The notes beneath the pieces are model-generated. The model was not told the DNA's origin. It worked only from the letters and a program-made list of their open reading frames with translations, and searched no databases. From Antechinus flavipes (Eukaryota), in contig NC_067398.1 of the NCBI RefSeq assembly GCF_016432865.1, positions 13,578,001 through 13,642,000 of the forward strand: a stretch of 64,000 nucleotides of DNA. The letters run 5' to 3'. Position numbers and translations under genes: made by a program. How positions within the stretch are numbered: position 1 is the stretch's first letter; the number at the start of each line of letters is the position of its first letter. Shown in pieces: positions 37,216 to 49,019 of this stretch.

Positions 37216-37664
37216 AGACGGAAGGGAAATCTGAACTGAATATTCAGGCCACCGCCCCCTTGCCAGCTGCCACTGGGAGCCCGATCTGTGGTCACTGATT
37301 CTTCAGGTGTTCTTTGATGTGCCCAGACCTCGGTGACTGAGGAAGGTGCTCGTGGGAAGAACTCATGGTCCCTGCCGCCGGGGGCTCGCAGGACAGGGAG
37401 AGGCAAGATGAGCATGAAGAGCGAGTTTGGGCCAGTTCAGGAGAGTGTGTGGTCCAGGGCGGGAGCAGGGGCTCAGACCTTTAGACTCCCCGGCTACGGG
37501 AGGCAAGTCTGAGGCGCTGCTATCCTGGAGCATGGGCCAGAGGAGGTGGCAGCCTGCAGTGTTACCTTAGTTCAAGGTCTGGAGACCTATTTCTAGGACA
37601 TGGATAGAAGAGAGGGTCTCCAAGAGGTGAGAGCAAGAGACCCAGGAGTTCTTGTCTCTAGAAA

Positions 37665-37865
37665 GAAGAATAATGTGAAGGAGAAAGAGGTGGAGTAGGG
37701 AAAGGGGAGGAGGAGAAAAGGGAAAAGAAGTGGGAGAGGAGGAGGGGAAGAAAGAGGGGGAAGAGAAGGTAATAGGAGAAGGGGAAGATGAGAAGGGGGG
37801 AGCAGAGGAGGGGAAGAGGGAAGAACAGGAAGGAGGCAGAGAAGGAGAAGGAAGATGAGGAAGCC
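37665..37865 (+). repeat. Polypurine (GA-rich) tract
   Basis: ~200 bp of almost only G and A. Confidence 0.9.
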
Positions 37866-38745
37866 TTGAAACAAAGACAGCTTCCTATTATCTAGTAGTT
37901 TCAGGTTTGCAAATCAATGGCACAAATTTATTAAATACCTATTACTTAAGTCCCAAGCCCAGTGCTGGGTCCTGAGGATATCTCTCTCTTCTCAAACAAA
38001 CAAACAAACAAACAAAACCCTTTCATTCCATCGGGGAAACATCATCCTCACAGTGAAGTTAATAGAGAATAGCTGCTGGATGATGCCAGATTTGGAGTCA
38101 GAAGGTCCTGAGTTCTGATCCAGCCTCAAACACTCACTAGCTAGATCACTTCCCCCTGTGTGCCTCAGTTTCCTTCCAGGATCTTACTAAGAAAGCCCCT
38201 AATGGGGGTCAGGAAGAATCAGAGGCGACTTCTGTCTGGGGCTGTCTCACAATCACTGGCCAGGGAAATCAGTAGTCATTCAACAAGCATTTATTAAGCA
38301 CTTTTGGTGTCCCAGGAGACAGAAGTGAACCCATGGCTGCCCTCAAGGAGCTTACACTCATGCTGAGCTTGTCACTGGCTCCTCGAGCTCCGAAGAGCTT
38401 TTGATGCATCCCCTTCTTGGGAAGCCCAAGGCCACAGCCGGGGTCTGCAGCAGCTTGGCCCTGACTACCATTCTCCTCCCATGTTACTTCTCCAAGCCCC
38501 TCTCCCTGCCATGACACTCGTTCCCCTTCCCTTACCTCACTCCTCACCCCGTGGCCCAGCCAGGAGCAGCTGGTGGCTGGAAAGCAAGAGGGAGCCATGT
38601 GCTGTGGCAGACCCGCCCCACAGAGTGCCCACTCTACTGGCCTTGTCCACCAGTGATGGGACAGTGATGTCCACCAGTGATGGGACTATAGGGGGAGGGC
38701 AATGGGACAGTCCCTGAGAACCCCGCTCTTCCTTCTCTTCTGCAG

Positions 38746-38866
38746 GGTGCTTCCAGAATCTGCCAGGTGGCTCCTGACTCAGGGGAGAGTGGAGGAAGCC
38801 AAGGAGCTGGTCCAGAAAGCAGCCTCGATAAATAAGCGCAGCGTGTCTCCCGAGACCCTCGGCCAG
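38746..38866 (+). CDS. SLC22A13: SLC22A13 exon 5
   Basis: tgcag|GGTGCT...GGCCAG|gttatt; VLPESARWLLTQGRVEEAKELVQKAASINKRSVSPETLGQ. Confidence 0.96.
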
Positions 38867-38969
38867 GTTATTGCGGAGCAGAGGTTGCCGGGCTGCCGTT
38901 AGGGGCTGTGGGCTTAGCGCTTCCGTGCCCGTGGCAGGCCGGGGCTGACTGACTCCGTCTTTCCTGCAG

Positions 38970-39064
38970 CTAACTCCGGAGAAGACGGCACCCAAGGGAA
39001 ACGCTCTGGACTTGTTCCGGCACCCTCAGCTCCGGAAAGTGACGCTCATCCTCTTCTGTGTCTG
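38970..39064 (+). CDS. SLC22A13: SLC22A13 exon 6
   Basis: tgcag|CTAACT...GTCTG|gtgagt; [31 protein letters not shown]. Confidence 0.97.
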
Positions 39065-41804
39065 GTGAGTCGATGGGTGCGTTTATCCCGGTGGATTTTC
39101 CCACTGAAGGGACTGGCTCGAGTGGACAGTTGTCTGCCTGTCCTCTCTTAGGCTGATTCTCATCGAGGCTTCCTCCCTTTGCAGAGGAGGAGGGGTGTCT
39201 TGGGTCACCCCAGTGGAGGACGCCCTGTGGCCTCCCTGCTTCCGACCATCCTCCACAAGCTGCCAAAATAATATTCCTAAAATACAGAATCATCCATGTC
39301 ACTCCCCTACTCGATCATCTTCAGTGGCTCACTACTGCTCCTCGGGGGCTAGCTCCTGAGAGGACAGCAGCCACAGGAAATGCCTTGGACCCTCCCTAAC
39401 CCCCCAGCCTTGTCCCTGGGCTCAGTCTACATCCCAGTCAGACCGGTGTGCCCTTCTGTGCCCTTCTACCATCCCTGGGCTTCTGCACAGTCTGTTACCT
39501 CAGTCAGTCAGCTGGCATTTATGAAGTACTTGCTATGTGCCAATCACTGCCAAGTTCTGGGAATACAGCTACAAGTAAAAAGACAAATAAAGTTGGGGAA
39601 GAAGAAGCTGGAAGGGGTGAGGGATACAAAGGTCCCTAGCTGGGGCCACCCTAGAAGTTCCGAGGGTGGCCTGGAGAGCAGTGAGGCAGCCCGAGCATCC
39701 TTAGCAAAGGGAGTTTGCCATCAGAGGCCGGGGCAGAGAGTACTCATACTGGGTGAATTCTAGCATTGCAGTGAAGCCTCTGGGTAAGGAAGAAGAAACC
39801 CCGAGTGAAGGCCGGAGGGCCAGGAGCCAGGTCCGGGGATGCTGGAATGCCTCCCTTCCACCTCCGCCCCTTCACGGGCCTGGGCTTGGGGACCTCCTCA
39901 CTGTGAATGGCCCCCTGTTCTTTTTAAGCTTTTTATTTTCAAATTACATGCAGTGAGCATTTTCCGCATTCACCCTGGCAGAACCTTGTGTTCCAAAATG
40001 TTTTCTCCCTCCTTTCCCTCACTCCCTCCCCAAGACAGCAAGCAATCCAATAGAGGTTAAACTTGTGCAATTCTTCTAGATATATTTCTACATTTATCAC
40101 GCTGAACAAGGCAAATCAGATCAAAAGGGGGTGGGGGGAACGAGAGAGAAAACAAAAAACAACAAGAGGGGGAAATACGAGGTTGCGATCCTCAGTGCCC
40201 ACGGTCTCTTTCTGGGTACAGACGGCTCTCCCCATCACAAGAAAACATGGGAACGGGCGGCCCCCCGGTCTTAATATCAGTCCAGTGCTCTTCTGGACTA
40301 CGGGCGCCGTCCCCAAAACCTGAATGCAGTCTGAAGCTTTGACCCCTTCAGAAATACAAATGCTACAAACTTCAGAAACCAATATTTGAAAGGGAAATGA
40401 ATGACATTTTAAAAATATTGATATGTTCTTATTAAAAGCCAGCCTCACCCCTACCTTGCCCCATTCCACAGTCCAGGCAATTTTAGAACTTTGTGAAACA
40501 CTTTCTTGAGCTGTTGCTGTTTCTGCAAGGACAGCATTTGGGCTTTTGTTTGTTTGTTTTGGAGGGCAGGGGGCTGGCTTTTTTTTCAGTAGTATTTTTC
40601 CAGATACACATAAAGATAGTTTTCAATATTCATTTTTGAAAGACTTTGGGTCCCAAGTTTTCCTCCATCCTCCTTTACTTACCTTCTCCCCAAGAGAGAA
40701 GGCAATCTGATACAAGTTAAACATGTGGAATCCTTTTAAACTGTTTCCAAATTTATGTTGTGCAAGAAAAATCAGACCAAAGGGGGGGAAAAACACGAGA
40801 AAAAAAAGCAAACAAACGAAAAAAGGTGAAAACACTGGGTTTCGATCCACAGTCAGTTTCTCTAGTTTTCTCTCTTGGGTGTAAATGGCATTTTCCAGCC
40901 CAGGAAGGACAGTTAGTAATCCTAGCCTATCCTAACATCATCTGAAGAACGAGTTTTCACTGGGTAGATGGCGGTTTTGACACTAACCTCGTGCTCTCCC
41001 CCCCAAAAAAAGTCTAATGAATATGGGTCAGGGGACCAAACAAGAGGCCTTTCTCTGCCTGTCTGAAGGTCGCAGAACACAACATCTCCAAACTGCCACA
41101 CACACAGTGCATTAACAGGGGGGGCCCGTCTTGTTAGAATTAAAATTTTATAATTTGAAATAAGATAAAACATTTCAATAATTATAACCTCAAATGATAT
41201 TTTGCTAAGTTTGTAGCATTTAGACTTTGAAAGTTATTAAAACTTTAGACTATTCTAAAATTATTCTGTATTATCTTATTGAGGTAGCTGCTATTATTGT
41301 GCCCATTTGACAAATGAGTAAACTAAGGCCCAGGAAGGATAAACAGCTTATTCAGATTCCATACAACTGGTCCTAGCAGTACCTGTCTGAGGTAGGATTT
41401 AATATCTGATCCCGGATCCCGTCCCCTATGCACCACAATGTGCTGCCTTTCGTGCCAGACAAGAAGCATTTATTAAGGAAGGGAAAGGGAAGAGGGAGAA
41501 GCATTTATTAAGTACCTCCTGTATGCCAGGCACCTGCTAAGTGCTTTTTACAAACATGATCTCATTTGATCTTCCCAACAACCCTGCTACTGAAGTGCTA
41601 TTATTAACTCTTTTTTACAGTTGAGGAAACTGAGGCAGGCAGAAGTTAAGTCACTTACTAGTTACTCATAAGTGTCTAAGGGCTTCCAGACCCAGAGCTC
41701 TCTGAACTGGGGCACTCCGTAGTGGCTCATCGAGTACCTATCATGTGCCAGGCACTCCTGGCAAACAAAGTTCCTGACCTCAAGGAACTCCCAGTCTAAA
41801 GAAA

Positions 41805-42180
41805 GAGAAAGCATGTTAATCACTGTATACAGAATAGATACAATGTATCAGTTTGTATTGCTGGATCTCTGTGCTGAAATGCAGTGAGAGTTAAGAAGGA
41901 AAAGACATGTTAATTACTGTATACAGAGTAGATACAATGTATCATTTTGCAAAGGATCTCTGTGTGAAATGCACCTGAGAGCTGGGATTGTCCCATTGTT
42001 CATGAGAAGAAAACCATGTTAATTACTGTATATAAAATAGATACAATGTATCAGTTTGTATCCAAGAATCTCTGTGTGTGAAATGCACAGAGACCTGGGA
42101 TTGTCCCACTGTTAATGAGAGGAAAACCATGTTAATTACTGTATACGACATAGATACAATGTATCACTTTGTATCAAAGG
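41805..42180 (+). repeat. Four-copy 94-113 bp minisatellite
   Basis: Core catgttaat...gatacaatgtatca starts at 41812, 41906, 42015 and 42128. Confidence 0.92.
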
Positions 42181-42581
42181 AGTATGAGATGGGGAGAGCT
42201 GGGACTGTCTCACTGTTAAGCTCAGGGCCTGCAGAAAGCAGGTGTCTGGCAAATGTTTGGGTAATGGAATGCCTCTTAGCCACTGTCAAGCAATCAGCCT
42301 GTCCCTGGAGGCCAGACGAGGGAGGCCAGACGTTGGGCCAGGATCTGGGAACTCACCCTAGGAGTGGTTGGTCCAAGAAAGGAGAAGGGGGAGAGCCCAG
42401 GTGTGCAGCACGCCTAGCCTGGAATGATGACATTGGGGTCTCTAGAATCAGAGGGAGGATGCCTGTGTTGGGGGGAGTAGCGTGTTGGACTCCTGCCCTC
42501 AGGAGGCCAGAGGCCACCTGCTCTATGGTGGAAAGGGAAAGGTCCCTGGCCCCGCCATAACTGAGACTCTCTTGCTGACAG

Positions 42582-42796
42582 GTTTGTGGACAGCCTCGGC
42601 TACTACGGCCTGAGCCTCAACGTGGGAGGCTTCGGCCTGGACATCTACCTGACCCAGCTGATCTTCGGGGTCGTGGAGGTGCCCGCGCGCATGTCCAGCA
42701 CCTTCATGATGCAAAAGTTTGGCAGGAGGATTAGCCTGATGGGGACCCTGATCACGGGGGGTCTCATGTGCCTCATCATCATCTTCATTCCCTCAA
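42582..42796 (+). CDS. SLC22A13: SLC22A13 exon 7
   Basis: gacag|GTTTGT...CTCAA|gtatgt; [29 protein letters not shown]...IIIFIPS. Confidence 0.97.
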
Positions 42797-43324
42797 GTAT
42801 GTAGCGGTCGGAAGCCTTTGGGGGGGCTGGCTTTTATGAGGTTGACCTGCAGAACCTCTGGGGAAAAGACCCATTGTCCCCAGAGTAGCCGTGGCTGAGA
42901 TAAGAAAAAGCCGACTCCAGGCGACACTCAGAGAAAACCCTCGCTCCCCAGAGTAGGAGTTTGTTCCCTGGAAGCCAAGCCTCCTCCAGCCCATCTTGGT
43001 GCCTAAAATTCCACCATTAACGGGTCATTCTCTTGGGATCCGGCTTCGAAAGCAGCTATGCTGCAGAGAGAGACACCCTTTAGCCCCAGATTCTCGGATG
43101 GGACTCGGATCCCAGAACAGCTGCTAAGTTTGGGAGTGAATGGTTGTAGGATACTTGCCCAATGGAGAGAGAGCCGTGGATGGAGATGGGGAGGGAAAAG
43201 CCCAGAGTCTTTGAGGGACAGCCTTTGTCCTCTTTCCTCCTGGGGAATGGGCCAAGGCCATCCCTGCCCCCTCCCTGATCCCAGCCCTTCATCATCACTG
43301 ACCGGCTCTTCTCCCGTATCCCAG

Positions 43325-43433
43325 ATTATCCCACTGTGACCACGGTGCTGGCCGTGGTGGGGAAGTTTGCCACGTCTGCGGGCTTCACCATCTCCTACGT
43401 GTACTCTGCAGAGCTCTTCCCCACCATCATCAG
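43325..43433 (+). CDS. SLC22A13: SLC22A13 exon 8
   Basis: cccag|ATTATC...ATCAG|gtaata; [35 protein letters not shown](R). Confidence 0.97.
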
Positions 43434-43695
43434 GTAATACCCGAACCCGGGAGCCCCAATGGCAGCCCCACGGGGTAGGGGTTGTTAGCATCCCTACGGG
43501 GCAGGTGGTAAAACTGAGGCTCAGAGATGGGTCACAGCCATTAAACGTCCAAAAAGGGATTTGAACCATGTCTCCCTAAAGGTGAGGGACACTTGCAAAT
43601 GCGGTGTCCCCGGCTGCCCCGGAGCCCAGCCAGGCTGAGGTTGCTCTCCCCCTCTGCTTCCCATGGCAGCTAATGCTCTGTGCCTTCCTCTTCAG

Positions 43696-43911
43696 GCAGA
43701 CAGGAATGGGGCTGGTGGCCATCTTCTCTCGGATCGCGGGCATCCTCACGCCCCTGGTGAGCCTCCTGGGGGTCTACCATCCCTCCATCCCCATGGCCAT
43801 CTATGGCTCTCTACCAGTCCTGGTTGGGATCCTCTCTGTCATGCTTCCTGAAACTAAAGGAAAGACCCTAAAGGATAATATAAATGACATGGAGTCAGCA
43901 CCGCCAAAAGG
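43696..43911 (+). CDS. SLC22A13: SLC22A13 exon 9
   Basis: ttcag|GCAGAC...AAAGG|gtgagt; QTGMGLVAIFSRIAGILTP...LPETKGKTLKDNINDMESAPPK. Confidence 0.97.
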
Positions 43912-44328
43912 GTGAGTCCTCCCCTGGATCCTGGAGCCATGGCCCCATCTAGAGTGAGTGAGCCCTCCCCTGGATCCTGGAGCCACAGCTCCATCTGAGT
44001 GCCCTATCCCAAGTCAGTATCCCCAAAGAGCAAGTCCTGCAGCCAACATGTCCCCCAACACCCCAAGGGTGAGTCCTAGATGGCTGAGAAAGTCTCTGTG
44101 GCCTGTTGCAGGGCCTGGAACACCACAATAATTAAAATGCATCCTTGGGGATCAAGTTCCAAAGGGAGCCCTTTTAGTTATCAGTACCTCAGTGCGCATG
44201 AGCTCACCAGGATATTTTTGACTTGGAGAAGAGATGTTGAGAGATGGCAGGGGACCCAGGGAGCCATTGTCCTACCTGGGTGAAGAAGCCCCTGGAAGGG
44301 AGTGAGGAGGAAGTAACAAAATGAAGAA

Positions 44329-44330
<2 letters not shown>

Positions 44331-44372
<42 letters not shown>
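44331..44372 (+). repeat. (TG)n microsatellite
   Basis: Direct inspection. Confidence 0.95.
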
Positions 44373-44373
<1 letters not shown>

Positions 44374-44606
44374 TCTGGAGGAGAGGATGAGGGGAAGCGT
44401 CTCTGTCCAGAAGATGACTTCCTTTCCCATGATTGTCTCACCCTGTCCGAGATCCTCCTCATGGCCCTGGGATCTCCACATCTGCTTGCTGCCTTCTGTA
44501 TTTGACTGGCAAGTCTGGGAGGGCAGAGACTATTTTGTCTGCCTGGGTGCCCAGTGCCTGGCACATGGTAAGTACTTAACCCACTTGTTGGCTTGACTTT
44601 CCCCAG

Positions 44607-44697
44607 GCCTCAGAATCCAGAGCCTGATTCCTCTGAGAAAGAAGTGGCGGCCCAGGAGAACGGCGCCGTGGGCCCTCCCAACATCACCCGCTTCTGA
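44607..44697 (+). CDS. SLC22A13: SLC22A13 exon 10 (last coding exon)
   Basis: cccag|GCCTCA...TTCTGA; PQNPEPDSSEKEVAAQENGAVGPPNITRF*. Confidence 0.9.
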
Positions 44698-45546
44698 GGA
44701 GCTGTGGGGTTCCACTGGCAGGCCGACGTGCCCCTCTCTTCCCTCTGTAGGGACGTTTGGGCTTCTCTTGCTCCAAACGGGAAGCGGCTACCACTTTCTC
44801 GGTGAAAGAGCTGCCCTTCCCAGCCCTGCTTCTGCAGCATCTACAGCCAAGGGCTCCCAGCCTTCTCTTCCCTCAGATCCAGGAGCAGAAATCCCATGCA
44901 TCCTTAGGAATTCCTCCTGGCTACTCCTTCCCCGGACCCTTCACGCCCACCTCCCCTCCCTCGGCCTTCCTCGGTGCCTGGGATGCACTCGCTCCTCCCC
45001 TTTGCTCAGAGCCCCCCGCTTCCTTCCAGGCACGGCTCAGTTCCAATGCAGGAAGCTTTCTATTAGCCTTTTCTGATCTCCCCAGAACTTTGGATCCTGC
45101 TTCCGTGTTAGGCTCTTCCCCCTGATAAAAACAGGACCTTCTGGAGGTTTGTACCGTTAGGGTCCAGCACCGCACCTTGAATATAGTAAGTGCTTGAATT
45201 TAATTTACTATTACTAGGAGCTATTTAATAGCAGGGCAAAGATTTCCCGAAGCCTTGACTCTGCCTGAGACTGGCGGGACGATGATCCCGGACGATCCCA
45301 AAGGACCGATGAGGAAGCAGGTCATCCGCCTCCAGAGAAAGAACTGATGCTGACTAATGCAGACTGGAGCGGGCTATTTTTCTATTTCTTTTTTTTTTTT
45401 TTTCTTTTTCTTTTCTTCTATTCTGGCTTCCTTCTTTAAAATGCCTAACACGGCTGTTTTACATAATTACACGTGGATACCCTATATCTACACCTACCGT
45501 GCTTACTGTCTGCAGGATGTGGCTGGGGAGGCAGGGACTTCCTTTA

Positions 45547-45552
45547 AATAAA
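45547..45552 (+). terminator. Candidate SLC22A13 poly(A) signal
   Basis: First clear AATAAA seen downstream of the stop, ~850 nt away. Confidence 0.5.
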
Positions 45553-45908
45553 AATGTTTTAAAAAATACCATCAAGAATTCCCATCATAGACTCATCAAG
45601 CACAGAGCGTACAAGTCAAAAGGGACCTTCGATATCACCCGATCTAAGCCGCTAATTTTAGCGAAGAGAAAACTGCAGACCAAAGAGAGGAGCTGCTTAA
45701 GGTCATGTAGTAAGAAAAGATGGAGGATTTGAACCCAAGCCCTCTGCTCAAGGCAGAAGATAGCCCAACAATATTAGGGTCACCGGATCGGGTCTACATC
45801 ATCTTTGTATTCAAAAGCATCCTTGATCTGAAAAGTCATGTCAAAGGAACTGATGGAGACTAGAGCTGTGTGCTGGGGAATATTTATTTAGATAGCCTGG
45901 GGAGATCC

Positions 45909-46050
45909 TTTTTTTTTTTTTTTCCTGAGGCAATTGGGGTTAAGTGACTTGTCCAGGGTCACATATAAAGTATTAAGAGTCCAGATTTGAACTTAAGTCC
46001 TCCTGACTTCAAGGCTTGTACTGTATCCACTGCGCCACCAAGCTGCCCCC
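45909..46050 (-). mobile_element. WSINE1-type SINE
   Basis: Full SINE with T-tail; TSD GGAGATCC at 45901-45908 and 46051-46058. Confidence 0.9.
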
Positions 46051-49019
46051 GGAGATCCATTCTTTCTCTTACTCTTAGAACCTTCCAATAATGGAAACTC
46101 CTTGAAGGCAGGAACTTATTTGTACTCTTTTCTGTCACTATTACTCCACACGATGCCTGACACACCGGTGCTCCTTGATTAAAGTTTGTTGAAGCAGAAA
46201 TTTGTCTTATTTCCCACCCCATTCCCAGGACAGGAACTGAGTCCTCCGAACTGATTCGATGCACTAACCAGAGGGGAGGCTAGGACACGGGGCTAGCTGC
46301 TTTTTAAGATTCACAGGATTTTTAGGATACAGATTGGAGCATGCTATTTTTCAATTTCTTTTTTTTTTCTTTTTATTCTAGCTTTCTTCTTCAAAATGCC
46401 TAACATGGCAGTGTTTTACTTTAGGATCTTCTTGTTAGGGATTTTGGCATATTCAGTGTGACAAATGGATGGACATTTATTTGGTTTCCACTGCTGTGAA
46501 AATTAAATTGGAGAAATGAAACTTAAATTAAAAAATTGAAACCCACAAGGACATCAAAGAATAATCGAGGGTGAAAGTTATGTTCCCCCAAAAGAAAGTA
46601 AGAATTTATGCTCCTTGAAGGCCGGGACTGGGTTTTATAATCAGGGGCCTGAGATTTGAAAAGAATCTTGTTCTTTACCCCTAATACTCTAGTTATTTTC
46701 CCCTCTTATAGAATGTAAGCTCCTTGGGGGCAGAGACTGGGTATTTAATGAGGGGCAGAGATTCAAGTCTCATAACCTCTGTAATCCCCAATTAATGGGG
46801 AATCGGGGAAGGGACTTGTGCTTCAGGACAGGAAATGTAATCTTGCCCTTTAGAGTTTCAAAGGTGTCTACTAACCCAGGCACCCATTCTTACAAGAATG
46901 TAAAATAAATCTTTCCTGCATTCATCAATGAGTCTGTGGAGTTCTTAGAAAGATACTTCCCTGTTACCATAGTAACTTTGTTTTTGTTTTGTTTTGTTTT
47001 GTTTTTGCTCATTTTTTCTTGACTTTTAATTCTATGTCAAAATTGGGTTCTGCTCTTGGGGTGAAGGACCACTGTCCTAATCGTCAGAGTTTTGTTTTTG
47101 AGGCTTTGGTAAAGCTATTTTCAGAGCTAGTTCTAGGAGTCTGTAAGTTTTTAGTTCTTTCAAAGTGATTACAGATGAGGAAACTGAAATAAACAGGGTT
47201 AAATGACTTGCCCAGGACCACATAGCTAGGAAGTATTGTCAACCAGACCAAACCAGCCTCTAACAGAGCAGGCCAGGGACAGGATTGTCAGGATCAAACA
47301 GAAGTTTAATTCAGAGTGAGAGAAACAGCTTGCAAGCAAGGAGGCAGATTAGACATATATTCCAGGACCCTCCATCAGATCCTGATCTGGTCATTGTCAT
47401 GTACTTATGTGAGATGTCATCATGGGTAGAATGTAGGGTCTACTTCTTTGCATCTCTGTATCATCAGTGCCTAGGAAAAGATCTGAGTCATGGAAGGTAC
47501 GTAAGTGTTTGTTGACATTGCCCAAACAAAACTCTGCTGTGGACCTCCAGTAGGAAAGAGTAGACACAATAGACATAGACGTCATAAAACCCCTTCCCAT
47601 TTTCCTTCCCTCTTCCTCCCGAGATCTAATTCTATTATGTCTTTTCTGTCCTACTTGAGGTCCACACCAGAATTTTATTTGGGTAATATCAGCAAATATT
47701 TAAGTGCCTTCCCCCTAGTCCCTAAGGCAGCAAGCTGGGCTAGAAACATGATCAAGTTGCAGATTTTCTGTGTCATCTTCCCCCAGAGTCTTCCTCTCTC
47801 TTCAGGAACATAAAGAGAATCTGGAACGCAAAGCTGGATGCCAGAAGACCAGGATCTCTCCCCAAACTCTTGTCAACTCTTCTCTCATACAGGTGAGAAG
47901 CATTGAGTAATCGGTCTCCACCAATAAGGAGAATCCAGTGCAAGTAGACTTTGAGTTAAAGGGTATAGTAAGTGTAGAATAAATAAATAACCTTAAGAAC
48001 CAAATTAATAAATGAATAAACATGTTTTTAAGAGTAGGCTGGAGAGGGATAAAACATAAATGATGAAATTTTATGCCTTGGGGAAGGGAAATGTTTTTGA
48101 GTAGTGGGAATTTCCTGGTGTCCAGTTGGTGATAGGATTATGGCCCCAAGGTACAAATCAGTTGGGAGCATGTGGGCCTTAACCATTGACCAGTGACTTA
48201 GGAAGGCAGGCCTTGAGATAGAAACCTTAAAAAGTCTTGAGTTGATGCTACACATGCAATCCTTTTGAAACCAGTGGGCCATATCACTCCCCTGCTCAAA
48301 AAATTTGAATGGTCCCTTCTTCTTCCTAAGAGAACATATAACTACACTGAGCTTTGCGGTCTATTTTTCCAGGATTCTTGGACAACATTTCTACTTATGC
48401 ACACTACATTCCCACCAACTAGCCTGTAGTGTTCTCTATATACTCCAATCCCCCCTCCCATCTCCAAGCCTTTGTATTCCCTCCTCGTCTCCACCTCTTG
48501 CCCAAGTTCACACAAATAAAAAAAAATGAAAGAATTAAGTGCAGATCCTCTGATTCCTAATACCGACTTTCCCCACTGTATTCTGCTTCCTTCAAAACAG
48601 GATCTTTTTTTTTTCCAGATGCTAGTGCCCTCCCCCTCCAAATTACCTGAATTTAATTATCCAGGTAGGGGCTATCTGCTCCTGTGTCCTAAGAGAATGT
48701 AAGGACCTTGTAGATAAATATATAAGATAAGCACATTCTCTACTTTTATGTGCTAATTGCCCTGTCTTTGGACTGGGTGTGGGCATTTTGAAGATAAAAG
48801 AGTCCTTTCCCAGGCAAAGATAATGGCTGACATATTCCAGTCCAGGAATGGCAAGATAATCATCAGTGTGGGGAACATAATGTCTCCTCGATCTGAAGGG
48901 TGATATTCTGACTTGATCTTTGCCCCAAAGCCATCACATCATGGCTTTTTAGAATCCACATCTTGTGGATGTAGTAGCAGAGGAGACTTCCCCTTCTTCA
49001 GTACAGGTTTTCCTCTTGG

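Larger units (their letters stand above)
27324..44697 (+). other. SLC22A13: SLC22A13 (OAT10/ORCTL3) gene, complete CDS of 10 exons, 552 aa
   Basis: Exons of 384, 104, 155, 169, 121, 95, 215, 109, 216 and 91 nt splice in frame (1659 nt), all introns GT-AG. Protein is co-linear with human SLC22A13 ([35 protein letters not shown]). Confidence 0.97.

Noticed and set aside
38644-38686. 19-bp direct repeat tgtccaccagtgatgggac near the exon 5 acceptor
   Set aside because: Short local slippage with no evident effect on the splice site
41805-42180. CRISPR-like look (palindromic repeat plus spacers)
   Set aside because: The spacers are homologous to each other, the context is a mammalian intron, and there are no cas genes. 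It is a minisatellite.
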